Shown: piece by piece, positions 42,737 through 53,051 of the stretch
Numbering within the stretch: position 1 is the stretch's first letter
Layout of the letters: each line of letters opens with the position of its first letter
Assembly (NCBI GenBank): GCA_963667845.2
Contig: CAXXVL010000002.1
Location: 3,232,001 to 3,296,000 of the forward strand
Source: Smithellaceae bacterium
GTDB lineage: Bacteria; Desulfobacterota; Syntrophia; Syntrophales; Smithellaceae
Direction of reading: 5' to 3'
Length of the DNA: 64,000 bases
Notes under the pieces: model-generated
Told to the model about the DNA's origin: nothing
Databases searched by the model: none
The model's input: the letters and a program-made list of their open reading frames with translations, nothing else
Translations under genes and position numbers: made by a program

Positions 42737-43392
42737 GAAAATAACCTTTGAATCAGCTTTTGAGAGTTTTCGAACATGACGGCAATTTCTTCATCGGATA
42801 ACCCGGCTCCGCGCGCAATATTTGTCGCCATTTTAACGCCGACAAAATCACCCGGCGCGTGAGCGTCGTTATCGAGCACCAGCTGCGCATTGCATTTTCT
42901 GGCCATGGATACAACATGCCCATTCGCATAGCTGTGACCCCGGCGCGTAGTAATTTCCAGAAAGACGCCCTTGGCAGCCGCTTCCCGTGTTGCCTCTTCC
43001 GTAATGAGTCCCGGGTGGGCAAGAATATCGACGCCGGCGCGGATCGCCGCCAGATTGGTGCCGGCAGGCACGGGCTCCGTGAGGGTTTCCCCATGGACGA
43101 TAATGATTTTCGCCCCCAAATTTCTGGCCTGCGATGCAAGCTCTTCGATATCGGAAGGATCGATATGCGTTAATTCCAGCCCCGGTAAAACCCGGATTTT
43201 CCCATGACGGGTAATGTGCTCGCTTGCTTTGATAATCCGCGGAAGAAGAAAGTCGATATTGGAATAATCTGCATGATCCGTGATGGCAATCGTCTTGTAC
43301 CCTGCAGCATATGCGCGCTGCGCCGATTCGGCCGGGATAAGTTCACCATCACTAAAAATAGAGTGTGTATGCAAATCAATCATTTCCATCAT
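42733..43392 (-). CDS. PHP-family phosphoesterase (histidinol-phosphatase-like)
   Basis: DLHTH..SDG, AITDH, LAHPG, DNDAH; GTGA overlap with the GT4 start. Confidence 0.88.
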   Translation of the reverse strand: MMEMIDLHTHSIFSDGELIPAESAQRAYAAGYKTIAITDHADYSNIDFLLPRIIKASEHITRHGKIRVLPGLELTHIDPSDIEELASQARNLGAKIIIVHGETLTEPVPAGTNLAAIRAGVDILAHPGLITEEATREAAAKGVFLEITTRRGHSYANGHVVSMARKCNAQLVLDNDAHAPGDFVGVKMATNIARGAGLSDEEIAVMFENSQKLIQRLFS

Positions 43393-43534
43393 CCGTCACC
43401 AGGATTTGCGAAACGCTTAGACTGATAGTCACTTAGCAAATTTAGAACCAGGAGTCAATAAAGATAACGAAATAACTGCAAGAAAATAAGAACGATTGTT
43501 CTTCGGGCAGGACGTATTTTGCTTTCGGGGTCGG

Positions 43535-44449
43535 TTAACCTTTTCTCGTTCCGGGAGCGGGCGCGGGACCTTCGAGCCATCTTTTGATCCGGTTGGCGTC
43601 AGCGACGCGGGTCAACTTGCCCTGAGAGTCCAGGAGCACAATCAGCACCGGACGCTGGGCCACCTGAGCCTGCATCACCAGGCAGCGCCCCGCTTCGCCG
43701 ATAAAGCCTGTCTTGGACAAACCGATATCCCAGCGGGGGTTTTGAATCAGACGGTTGGTATTGCGAAATTCCAGCACCCGACGGTGGGACTGAATCGTAG
43801 CATGTTTGCTGGTTGTAAAGTCACGGATCAGGCGATACTGATAAGCCGTATCCACCAGTCGCACCAGATCGCGGGCGGAAGAAACATTGCCGCTCGAGAG
43901 TCCGGTCGTGTCTTCAAAATGTGTCTCCATAAGTCCCAGAGATCGGGCTTTGGCATTCATTGCAGCAACACAGCCCGAAAAACCGCCCGGGAAAGTTCTG
44001 CCGAGTGCGTGAGCCGAGCGATTTTCGGATGACATCAGGGCCAGGAGCAGCGCCTCCCGGCGTGTATACTCGGTCCCCACCGGCAGGCGGGAGTGACTGT
44101 GACGAAGGGTGTCCACATCACTTTTCAGGACGGTAATCGATTCCTCAAGATCGCACTCGGCGTCGAGCACGACCATGGCTGTCATGAGTTTGGTGATAGA
44201 TGCTATGGGTACAACGGCTGACGCCTGCTTCTGAACCAGGAGTTCGCCCGTCTGTTGATCCTCCACCAGTGCTGCGGCGGAACGCAATATCAAGCCCTGC
44301 GGAAGGCGTCTTGATTCAGGAACCGATGCGTTTCGGTAAGCAGCAACCCTTACCCGTGATCTGGAAAATCCTTCTTCGACGGAAACAATCAGCGTTCCTA
44401 CGAAGAATAAGACAACGGCCAGGGAGATCAGACCCAATTTATTTGTCAT
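43535..44449 (-). CDS. pbpG: D-alanyl-D-alanine endopeptidase (peptidase S11, PBP7-like)
   Basis: ASITK, SSEN, SKTG motifs. Confidence 0.88.
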   Translation of the reverse strand: MTNKLGLISLAVVLFFVGTLIVSVEEGFSRSRVRVAAYRNASVPESRRLPQGLILRSAAALVEDQQTGELLVQKQASAVVPIASITKLMTAMVVLDAECDLEESITVLKSDVDTLRHSHSRLPVGTEYTRREALLLALMSSENRSAHALGRTFPGGFSGCVAAMNAKARSLGLMETHFEDTTGLSSGNVSSARDLVRLVDTAYQYRLIRDFTTSKHATIQSHRRVLEFRNTNRLIQNPRWDIGLSKTGFIGEAGRCLVMQAQVAQRPVLIVLLDSQGKLTRVADANRIKRWLEGPAPAPGTRKG

Positions 44450-44576
44450 GCACCCTCCATAAATATGGTCTTATTTAATCTCATCTTCCCCGTTACTGTC
44501 AAGAAGACTTTTGCCTTGTTCGAATATTCTTGAGCGGCCGGTATCCGGCATCACATCAGAATATCGCGCTGCAGGA

Positions 44577-45845
44577 CTACGTTATCCAGTGGGAACGCTC
44601 GGCCATTTTGAGCGCCACGGTCTCCTTCAGCCATTCCTCAATGTCCCGGACCATATAAAAAACGGGCGCGAGGAGATTATCGTCCGGCGTAATTATGTGC
44701 TCGTCCAGGGCGATCTTTGCCAGCGCTGTGTCGGGATAAATGCGGATTCCCTGCGACACCTTCACCGTATCCAGAGGAAGGGAATCGGCAAAGGCAAGGC
44801 TCTCGAGAACGGACGCCCTTGTTTCTCCCGGCCCCCCCAGCATCAGAAACCCCATCTGCCGGATGCCGCGCTTCGCCAGACAAAGCGATGTCTGGCGAAC
44901 ATCATCGGGATTGAACCGTTTGTTCATGTTCCTGAGAATCCGTTCGCAACCGCTTTCAAATCCCAGACTGACCTCCCGACAACCCGCATCGGCCATCAAT
45001 CTGATCAGGTCTTCATTGACTTTCCCGGGATAGAAGATGCACCGCCACGCGACGCGGAGCCCGTGATGAATGATCAGCCGGCAAATCTCCGCCGCATAAG
45101 ATGCCGGCAGATTGAAAGTATTATCGACAAAATAGAACTGGCTGAATCCGGCTTCCACAAAGTTCTTCAGCTCTTCAATCGCATTTTCGGGGGATCGCTT
45201 TCTGATCGTCCGCCCTTCGATGGTTGCGGTCGAACAGTAGCTGCAATTCATGGGACAGCCGCGTCTTGTCTGAAACGGCACCCACAAATTCCGGTCGTAG
45301 GCGGCCAAAAAACGATGGACGCCGGAAATGGGCAGGTCGCCCAGGTCGCGAACATAGACCCGACCACCCTGCCGTCCGCGTCCTCTCAGATACAGACCGG
45401 GCAATCCACTAAGATCGGCTTGCCGCGAAAGTCCGGAGAGCAGTTGGGGAAAAACGGCTTCCCCTTCCCCCTGGATGCCCATATCCGCCTCCAGATAGTC
45501 CAGAACGGCTTCGGGAAAGATGCTGTAGCCTGCTCCGCCGAGAACAACGGGAGCATTCGACAAATGTTTGCAGTGGCGCACAACTTCCTTGACATCGTCG
45601 AGCAGAAACCTTGCGCCATGCATCACCTGATCGTCGATATTTCGTACGGAGATGCCAATAACGTCGGGATGGAAAGATAAAACGGCATCCCGGATGCACG
45701 ACCGGGAATCCGCCCGCGCCATGAGATCCAACACCAGAACCTCATGTCCGCTTTGCTCAGTTGCCGCTGCGACGTCATGCAGACCCAGCGGCATGGGCAG
45801 AATATTGATTTTTTCGGTATTGGCGGCGATGAAAAGAACCCGCAT
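44577..45845 (-). CDS. B12-binding radical SAM protein (lipid-biosynthesis-associated type)
   Basis: MRVLFIAAN...PLGL, GISVRNIDD, QTRRGCPMNCSYC, FVDNTFN; start revised. Confidence 0.85.
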   Translation of the reverse strand: MRVLFIAANTEKINILPMPLGLHDVAAATEQSGHEVLVLDLMARADSRSCIRDAVLSFHPDVIGISVRNIDDQVMHGARFLLDDVKEVVRHCKHLSNAPVVLGGAGYSIFPEAVLDYLEADMGIQGEGEAVFPQLLSGLSRQADLSGLPGLYLRGRGRQGGRVYVRDLGDLPISGVHRFLAAYDRNLWVPFQTRRGCPMNCSYCSTATIEGRTIRKRSPENAIEELKNFVEAGFSQFYFVDNTFNLPASYAAEICRLIIHHGLRVAWRCIFYPGKVNEDLIRLMADAGCREVSLGFESGCERILRNMNKRFNPDDVRQTSLCLAKRGIRQMGFLMLGGPGETRASVLESLAFADSLPLDTVKVSQGIRIYPDTALAKIALDEHIITPDDNLLAPVFYMVRDIEEWLKETVALKMAERSHWIT

Positions 45846-45923
45846 GTTTCGTTTTACCTCACGATCGTCAGTCGTTTCTCGCACCCTTTTCGTTGCTGAC
45901 TTGAACCGCCTCGGCAAACCGGA

Positions 45924-47312
45924 TCACGTAAGACGATCCCGGATGCGGGCATATTGCCGCATACGGGCAAAAACGTGAACGGCGTGCTCGGGAAAATCAT
46001 AACACGGCACACCGCCGGCATCCAGAAACCGCTGACAGACCTCCTTATCGTCTTTGTCTCCCAGAAGGGACACAAAGACGGGCTTGCGCCGGTCGGCTTT
46101 AATAATATCGACCATGGGCTGGTAGACGCCGGGGTTCTTGTCGCCAAAAGAAATAAAAATAATTCCGTCCACGCCGTCATCATCCAGCAGCGCCTTCATG
46201 ACTTCCGATGTCGTCTTTTCGTATCCGCAGGTCATCCAGTCGGGGAAAATATCAACGGGATTTTTTGTTTTGGACTGGGTAGCGATGACTTTGCCGATTC
46301 TCGCCTGCGTATCTGCTTCCAACACGGCGACGCTCAATCCCTCTTCCGCAGAGGCATCGATACTCATGATCGCCTGCGCTCCGCTGTAAGTCACGCACGC
46401 CAGGCGGTCTCCCCTGGGCAGGGGCATATTGAGAAATCCTTTGACCGTCCGGACAAACTCATCGATGGCGTAGAGACGAATTGCGCCGGCCTGGCGAACA
46501 ACACCGTCAAAGACCCTGTCTTCCATGGCCATGCTGGCGGTGTGAGATGCCGAAGCCTTTGCACCGGCCTTTGTGCGTCCGCTTTTGATGAGAAGGACGG
46601 GCTTTTTCTCCACCGCTCTTCTCAAATTCTCGTAAAAGCGGCTGCCGTCTTTGACATCCTCCAGATACAGGCCGATGATTTTTGTCTGTTCATCGTCCGC
46701 TAAATACGCCAGGGCATCCGATTCGTTTACATCCGCCTTGTTTCCCAGGCCAATGCCTTTGGATAGATGCATTCCATCGAGTGAACTCAAATACCGCAGG
46801 AGCGCCCCTACAAAAATCCCGGACTGCGCCGCCAAGCCGATCGACCCGGCCTCGAGCATCCTTGTCGTGGCAAAATAAGAGGTCGTCAGTTTCGTCCGGG
46901 TATTGACGAGACCCAGTGTATTGGGACCGAACCCTCTCATGCCGGAAGATCTCAAGATCGCTTTGACGTCTTCTTGATAGGCTGCTCCTTCGGGTCCGGT
47001 TTCCGCAAAACCCTCGGCTGAAATCACCACTCCTTTGACGCCTTTACGCGCACAGTCCCGCAAGGCATCCGGAACAAACTTGGGCGGAATCAGCAAAACG
47101 GCCAGATCGACATTGAAAGGAACTTCCAGCATGTTCCGGTAAAGGGGAAATCCAAAGACGTCGCCCCCCTGGGGGTTGACGCCGGCCACACGTCCCTGAT
47201 AACCCACTGCTTTCAAAACATTCAGGAGCTGTGCGCCGGGCTTCTCCTGGTCCCTTGATGCCCCGATGACCACAATACTTTGCGCCTCCAGAATTTCTTT
47301 AATGTCTCTCAT
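45924..47312 (-). CDS. ADP-forming acyl-CoA synthetase alpha-type subunit (CoA-binding protein)
   Basis: VIGAS...K.G, GFAE, GPNTLG, QSG, GN.AD, ASHTAS phospho-His, NPVD; no ATP-grasp domain. Confidence 0.88.
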   Translation of the reverse strand: MRDIKEILEAQSIVVIGASRDQEKPGAQLLNVLKAVGYQGRVAGVNPQGGDVFGFPLYRNMLEVPFNVDLAVLLIPPKFVPDALRDCARKGVKGVVISAEGFAETGPEGAAYQEDVKAILRSSGMRGFGPNTLGLVNTRTKLTTSYFATTRMLEAGSIGLAAQSGIFVGALLRYLSSLDGMHLSKGIGLGNKADVNESDALAYLADDEQTKIIGLYLEDVKDGSRFYENLRRAVEKKPVLLIKSGRTKAGAKASASHTASMAMEDRVFDGVVRQAGAIRLYAIDEFVRTVKGFLNMPLPRGDRLACVTYSGAQAIMSIDASAEEGLSVAVLEADTQARIGKVIATQSKTKNPVDIFPDWMTCGYEKTTSEVMKALLDDDGVDGIIFISFGDKNPGVYQPMVDIIKADRRKPVFVSLLGDKDDKEVCQRFLDAGGVPCYDFPEHAVHVFARMRQYARIRDRLT

Positions 47313-47349
47313 CGGCACTTCCCTTTCTCATCGATGTCGTCTTCTTATT

Positions 47350-48048
47350 TTATCTGATTTCCAGAAATTTCTTGTAGATCTGGTAATGTTCCGTGTCCTC
47401 ATACCGAACCGGTTGAATCGGCGTCTGATCGAAATTATAGATGACGGCGCCAGGGCAGGCAAGCAGGATCGGCGAATGCGTAGCTATGATAAACTGCGCT
47501 GAGCCTTCGTAACTGGCTTGGTTCAGCAACTCCAATAACCTGATCTGGTTTCGCGGCGAAAGAGCCGTTTCCGGTTCATCAAGCAAATAAATCCCCTTGA
47601 TCCGATAGCGCGCCCTGAAGAAAGACATGAGCGATTCGCCGTGCGACTGGGTCATCAGCGATTTCCCGCCGAAATAGTTGAGTTGACCCGGATCGGCCGC
47701 CGACCACTCATCCAGGACCTGACGGAAATGCTGAAAACTTTCCGAACCGAAGAAAGACCCCGGAACTTTGCCATCCGTCCATTGAATGGACAGATACTCG
47801 CCTAGCTTATCCTCATAGGGATTATAATCATATCGGGTACGGCCGGTTTCCTGCCAGATGTGAATGCCGCAGGCGAGTGCAATGGCCCGAAGCAGTGTAG
47901 ATTTTCCGGAACCGTTTTCTCCGACAAACAACGTTACCGGCGTCGTAAGTGAAAGACCTCCGGTATTCTTAAAAGCGGGAACATTGAAGGGATAGACATC
48001 CTTTTCCGGATATTTTGCCCAAAGGAGTGTTACGTTTTGCACATGCAT
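47350..48048 (-). CDS. ABC-like AAA ATPase (COG3910-type)
   Basis: GENGSGKST, QSHGES, LLDEPETALS, IIATHSP; start revised to MHVQNV. Confidence 0.85.
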   Translation of the reverse strand: MHVQNVTLLWAKYPEKDVYPFNVPAFKNTGGLSLTTPVTLFVGENGSGKSTLLRAIALACGIHIWQETGRTRYDYNPYEDKLGEYLSIQWTDGKVPGSFFGSESFQHFRQVLDEWSAADPGQLNYFGGKSLMTQSHGESLMSFFRARYRIKGIYLLDEPETALSPRNQIRLLELLNQASYEGSAQFIIATHSPILLACPGAVIYNFDQTPIQPVRYEDTEHYQIYKKFLEIR

Positions 48049-48094
48049 GGCTGCATTTAATAATACAAATTGAAGCTTGTCAATGACCGACAAT

Positions 48095-48156
48095 AACCAA
48101 CCACCTTGCAGCAAGCTGTCGAGAATTAACGCTCGTCCCGCGTGAGCGGGATTAAA
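48095..48156 (+). repeat. Modular palindromic repeat, copy 1
   Basis: AACCAACCACCTTGCAGCAAGCTGTCGAGAATTAACGCTCGTCCCGCGTGAGCGGGATTAAA. Confidence 0.85.
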
Positions 48157-48360
48157 TCGCATCGGACGCCGATATTCCGGGCGCTTATCCGGCCCGCCTC
48201 CTGCGAATGAACCCCCATTTGGCGGGATTTGCCGACGCCCCGATAAACGCGATCGCCCGCGGCTCAAACAGGGAGGTATAAAATGATTCGCTGTTCATAT
48301 GAGTACCTTATTCATTGAGCCGGCTCATCCGGCCGCTTCCGGGGAATGGACCGCCTCTTA

Positions 48361-49029
48361 TCAATTAACTTTCTCTATATAAATTCCGGAACCGATCCAG
48401 ACCGTGTCCGTAATCCTTGTGGAGTAGCCTTTCTTCAGCCAGATCCTGTTGCCGTCCTGAGGATTGGGCCAGGTGAACAGAACAACACCCCTGGTATAGC
48501 CATTTTTCCGGTAGGCGGCATCGGAAACCATCCGGAAGAATTTAGCGTCCGGGTTGTACTTGATCCCATACTGGGGATAGGCTTTCATTGCAAAGCCCGT
48601 ATTGAAGAAATCCTTGCCGGTCATGGTCGGATTGGCGCCGTTCGCCCTGCAGATAATCCTGGCAATCCGGTCATCTTGTTTTTCGTTTTCATAGGCAAAG
48701 ATATAAAGCTCCCCCTGCTGAAATAGACATTTGCCTGCCTTACACCCGGCGTCACCGGCGGGCCTGTTGAATTCCTTAAACGCGGCGTCCAGTCCCTTCT
48801 TTGAGCCCATCTTATCGAGATTCGCCAGGGCGAACGCCTTCGCTTTGCAGACAAACGCCACCAGTTTTCTTTCCTTGGTTGCGAGTGACGATACATTCGT
48901 GCACTCGCCGCGATAGTACGCCATCGATTCATGTCTATTGACGGAGCCGGTTACATCCGCTGCCGCCAATGCCTGTCCGGTGAAAAAGACAATCCATATG
49001 ACTATTGCCTCTGATAGAAAACGTCTCAC
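48361..49029 (-). CDS. Stand-alone exported Cache-domain protein
   Basis: Signal peptide; F.QGELYIF, FTWPNP....W.KK.Y, WIGSGIY single-Cache motifs. Confidence 0.8.
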   Translation of the reverse strand: MRRFLSEAIVIWIVFFTGQALAAADVTGSVNRHESMAYYRGECTNVSSLATKERKLVAFVCKAKAFALANLDKMGSKKGLDAAFKEFNRPAGDAGCKAGKCLFQQGELYIFAYENEKQDDRIARIICRANGANPTMTGKDFFNTGFAMKAYPQYGIKYNPDAKFFRMVSDAAYRKNGYTRGVVLFTWPNPQDGNRIWLKKGYSTRITDTVWIGSGIYIEKVN

Positions 49030-49040
49030 CCGAAATCTCC

Positions 49041-49141
49041 TTTAATCCCGCTCACCCGGGACGAGCGCTAATTCTCCTTAGCTTGCTGCGAAATAATAAC
49101 CTTCATTTCATACCTCGACAGCTTGCGCGAGGTGGTTGATT
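49041..49141 (-). repeat. Modular palindromic repeat, copy 2 (long form, two GCAAGCT modules)
   Basis: Minus strand AATCAACCACCTCGCGCAAGCTGTCGAG...TCGCAGCAAGCTAAGGAGAATTAGCGCTCGTCCCGGGTGAGCGGGATTAAA. Confidence 0.85.
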
Positions 49142-49383
49142 CTTTTCGAAATAAGGCTCACACAGTATCGGACAAGCCGCTCCCGAGTATGTGTGACCTA
49201 TAAGAAACGGTCATGGACGTCAAGAAGATTTGGACGATGAAATCGAATTTGCACGGATTGCCGCCAAAGCTACGGGACCGGCTGCCTTATTGCGTGAGAA
49301 AAGTTTTCTGTCTTTGCTGCATCATCCTCAGAGTGATTTATGTCAACCGATCTAAACGGCGGGCTTTGATCGAGAGAGAAGGA

Positions 49384-50349
49384 TCATATCTCTACAGACA
49401 GACCGTCATAAGCGAGATGGATCTCCATGCCGGATGAACTGTCCAGAATATTTAAATATTTTCCGGTATCGGCGAGGAACCGATCAAGCGCTTCGTCATC
49501 CAATGTATGTTCATGATGAAACAGACACAGACGCTTGACGCCCGCCCGCATCGCCAGTTCAACACCCAGAAGATTGCTGGAATGCCCCCAGTTTTCTTTC
49601 GCATCGACCGCATCGATAAAGCTGTACTGGGCATCGAATATCAACAGATCGGCATTCCTGAAGAACTCGATGAACCGGTAATGATCATCCAGAGCGCCCG
49701 CATCGTGTTCGCAATCCGTCGAGTAGACTACTTTCTTCCCGTTCGTGACAAAACAGTATCCGTATGAATCGCCGGGGTGCTTCTGTTTGACAGCGCTGAC
49801 TTTGACGCCGGCAATGTCGTAATCACGATCCGCGTCAAGCAGGTGAAAGTCTATATCCGCTTTCATGGCCTTGAGCGGCACGGGGAAACAGGGTTGATCC
49901 TGCTGACGGACAAAGGTTTCCTCCAACGCGGCATGATGCCCGTAAATGCGGATATGATTGCCGGGCAGATACGCCGGCGTGAAGAAAGGAAAGCCCTGAA
50001 TATGGTCCCAGTGCAAATGAGAAATAAAGATATTAAAGACATTGGGCAGGCTTTTGAGGCCAGCCGCTTTTGACTTCATGTAGTCGTGCGCGAAATCTCT
50101 CAGACCCGTTCCGGCATCGCAGATAATATATTCTTTCTCATTCACCATTTCGACGCACGCGGTATTGCCTCCATAGCTTCCCCGGACCGAAAACGGCAAT
50201 GCCTCACGGATAAATGTTTTAATCGCTTCATCCGTTTCCAGTCCGAAAGACCGCGACGCCTGAATCGCCTTGAATATTTTCGACTCGATGGATCGGGTCG
50301 TGACAGAGGTTGGCAATGACCCCCGCGTGCCCCAGAAATGAACCTGCAT
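49384..50349 (-). CDS. Metallo-beta-lactamase-fold hydrolase (phosphodiesterase-like)
   Basis: WGTRGS, YGGNT, DAGTG, SHLHWDH, WGHS, FHH. Confidence 0.88.
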   Translation of the reverse strand: MQVHFWGTRGSLPTSVTTRSIESKIFKAIQASRSFGLETDEAIKTFIREALPFSVRGSYGGNTACVEMVNEKEYIICDAGTGLRDFAHDYMKSKAAGLKSLPNVFNIFISHLHWDHIQGFPFFTPAYLPGNHIRIYGHHAALEETFVRQQDQPCFPVPLKAMKADIDFHLLDADRDYDIAGVKVSAVKQKHPGDSYGYCFVTNGKKVVYSTDCEHDAGALDDHYRFIEFFRNADLLIFDAQYSFIDAVDAKENWGHSSNLLGVELAMRAGVKRLCLFHHEHTLDDEALDRFLADTGKYLNILDSSSGMEIHLAYDGLSVEI

Positions 50350-50579
50350 CGGCAGTCTCCTCTAACGGTCCCCCGGCAGTTGATTCCGCTTGCAATCTCG
50401 CACAGTTTGTAAAATCAGTCAATTATTGAGATCATGGACAACCGGCTCATCATCCGCCTGGTAGCGTCTGTCGTCATGACAATCGCCTTTGAGTCACGGC
50501 CGGTAAATTGCCGGATGAATGCCGTGTGATTTCTTTTTTCAGCATCCGGCACAGAATTCTTTCTTCATTTCCTTTCTCC

Positions 50580-50608
50580 TTGACAGATCCCTGTCGTCCT
50601 TCTATCGT
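50580..50608 (+). promoter_or_regulatory. sigma70 promoter for the S41 protease
   Basis: TTGACA-17-TATCGT. Confidence 0.6.
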
Positions 50609-50672
50609 TATAACCATCGCATCCGCGAAATTGAACAAAAATACAAAACGGCCTCAGGCAGGAGGAACAAGC

Positions 50673-52784
50673 ATGGCAATGGGCAACCCAAACAGCGCAA
50701 CCGGCCCCGGAAATACCCCGAATGACCCTCATCCAAAACGCAAGGCGATCTTCGACAGCAGGTACGGCGCTTTTTTTCAAAAATTTCTGGTCTTTCTGCT
50801 CGTTGTCCTCTTGTTGCCCCTTTCCTCGTCCGAGGCCGAAAATCTCACCTGCAGCCGCCTGCCGACGCTGATGGGAACGTACCTGGCAAACCACTACGCG
50901 ATGAAGAACCTGACCGAAGATATCAAGACGCATGCTGTTGATCAAATGATCAAAAGCCTCGATCCGTCAAAAACACTGCTATACGCGCCTGATGTTGAAA
51001 CATTCAGGGCCAGTCTGCGAACCCTGTTTGCCAGTCTGCAGGCGGGGAATTGCGCGTCACTCAAGCCAGTCTATGATACCCTCGTCGCACGGGCGCGCGA
51101 AAGCGAAGCGATGATCAGAGAAATTCTGGATTCGGAATACCGGATCGATGAGTCGGCCCAGTTGCTCATCGACGTGAACAAACGCCCCTACGTAAAGACG
51201 GCGGATGAAAAAAAAGCGCTGCTGAGGAAGGTCGTGCAATTCCAGATCGAAAACGACCTGCTCGCCGGCATCGACTTTGCCGAAGCCAAAAAGAAGCAGA
51301 TCCATCGTTATGAACTGCAGACGATGCGCGTGGTCGAGCGCAATCCTGAAAAGCTCATTACGAGCGCCGCCGAAGCTTTTGCCGTGGCCCTGGATCCGCA
51401 TACCAGTTACCTGTCATCCGAGAACTTCGCGGATCTTCAGATTCATATGCAGCTTTCCCTGGAAGGAATCGGGGCTGTTCTCAGCAGCGATAACGGCTTT
51501 ACCGTCATCGAGGAGTTGATGCCCGGAGGAGGCGCCGAGCGCACGGGCCGGCTCAAGCCGAAGGACAAAATTATCGCCGTAGCCCAGGAAGGGGAAAAAC
51601 CCGTCAATGTGATCGACATGGATCTGCGTGACGTTATTAAAATGATTCGCGGCAAGAAAGGAACACAGGTCACGCTGACCATCCTGCGGCAGGAGGAACG
51701 TACTTACCGCTTTGATATCACGATTATGCGCGACAAAATCGACATTAAGGAACAGGAGGCCAAAATCACTTACATGACCCGTCAGGCAAAGGACAGGCTC
51801 TATCGCTTCGGCGTGATCGATCTTCCCTCCTTCTACGGCGACGAAAAAAGCAACAAGTCCTGCTATCAGGATGTAAAAAACCTTCTTGCCGAGGCCCGCG
51901 AGCAGCATGTCGACGGGCTTGTGCTGGACCTATCGCGCAATACCGGCGGACTCCTCGGTGAGGCGGTCCGCCTGACCGGGCTTTTTCTTGGTCGTGGAGG
52001 CATTGTGGCGGTCAGGGACAGCCGCGGTCAAGTAACCATTCTCGCCAACGGTTCGGCCGCGACCACACCCGACGACAACCGCGAGGTGATCGCGTTTCCC
52101 GCCGAAGATCCCGATACGGTCTTTACCGGACCGCTGGTTGTGCTGACAAGCCGGCTCAGCGCTTCGGCCAGTGAGATCGCCGCCGGCGCTCTTAAGGATT
52201 ATCATCGTGCGGTCATCGTCGGATCGGATCATACGTTCGGCAAAGGATCCGTTCAGTCACTGACACCGCTGCCCCGGGATTTGGGCAACATGAAAGTAAC
52301 CACCGCTCTTTATTTCCTGCCGGGCGGCAAGTCGACACAGAAGACGGGTGTAGCGTCGGATGTTCGGCTGCCCCTCTGGTTTGTGCTTCAAGACGTCGGG
52401 GAAACGGCACTGGATTACCCGCTTCCTGCTCAGGAAATCGCTCCCTTCCTCGGCAAGCTGCGAAACCATCGTCTTGGCTGGAAACCTCTGGATCCATCCC
52501 TGATCTCCACACTGACAGCGAAATCCAAAGCCCGAATCGCCAAAGATGACAAATTCATCGAGATCATCAAGAACAATAAAGAAGCCGCAGGCAAAAAAGG
52601 CATCATCCGTATCGCCGATTTGCGCAAGGCCATCGAAAAGGAAGGCGCAGGCAAGATAAAAGAGACGCCGGCCGAGCTCCGCAAGAAAGCCCGTGACCAG
52701 TATGCGCCCTTTGTGAATGAGAGTGTAAACGTTCTCTCCGATATGGTGACGATGAGATCAGCGCCGAATTCGGCGCAGCCGTGA
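50673..52784 (+). CDS. prc: Carboxy-terminal processing protease (S41, Prc/Tsp-like)
   Basis: LDPHTSY, PDZ GIGA, DL..N.GG.L, SASASEI, TFGKGSVQ; GGAGG before the ATG at 50673. Confidence 0.88.
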   Translation: MAMGNPNSATGPGNTPNDPHPKRKAIFDSRYGAFFQKFLVFLLVVLLLPLSSSEAENLTCSRLPTLMGTYLANHYAMKNLTEDIKTHAVDQMIKSLDPSKTLLYAPDVETFRASLRTLFASLQAGNCASLKPVYDTLVARARESEAMIREILDSEYRIDESAQLLIDVNKRPYVKTADEKKALLRKVVQFQIENDLLAGIDFAEAKKKQIHRYELQTMRVVERNPEKLITSAAEAFAVALDPHTSYLSSENFADLQIHMQLSLEGIGAVLSSDNGFTVIEELMPGGGAERTGRLKPKDKIIAVAQEGEKPVNVIDMDLRDVIKMIRGKKGTQVTLTILRQEERTYRFDITIMRDKIDIKEQEAKITYMTRQAKDRLYRFGVIDLPSFYGDEKSNKSCYQDVKNLLAEAREQHVDGLVLDLSRNTGGLLGEAVRLTGLFLGRGGIVAVRDSRGQVTILANGSAATTPDDNREVIAFPAEDPDTVFTGPLVVLTSRLSASASEIAAGALKDYHRAVIVGSDHTFGKGSVQSLTPLPRDLGNMKVTTALYFLPGGKSTQKTGVASDVRLPLWFVLQDVGETALDYPLPAQEIAPFLGKLRNHRLGWKPLDPSLISTLTAKSKARIAKDDKFIEIIKNNKEAAGKKGIIRIADLRKAIEKEGAGKIKETPAELRKKARDQYAPFVNESVNVLSDMVTMRSAPNSAQP

Positions 52785-53051
52785 TAATGACTGACGGACC
52801 GGAGCATTGATCACAACAGGCACGACAACCGTTTTCGCCGGGGTGTGGACTAATCGAAGAAGCACCTGGAATTCTGCGTGAAGGCTTTTTCAAATTGAGC
52901 TGCATGACGTCGATTTGTCTTCACGATCCTGCCCGATAAGATCAATTCATTCGGGGATTGATGGAGGGATATCGGGATGTTCTTGCCTGAAGCTTCCGTC
53001 TCTTCGACATGACTTTCTGCCTGGAAATTCCTTGAGGAGGAGAAATCCGGC

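Noticed and set aside
44511..45680. 389-aa plus-strand ORF
   Set aside because: Antisense shadow of the radical SAM gene
48049..48267. N-terminal extensions in the ORF track (also rsmA, nrdD, prc, the MeT3-like and MmpH-like genes, both radical SAM genes)
   Set aside because: They run through promoters, repeats or upstream genes; starts were moved to RBS- or motif-supported codons
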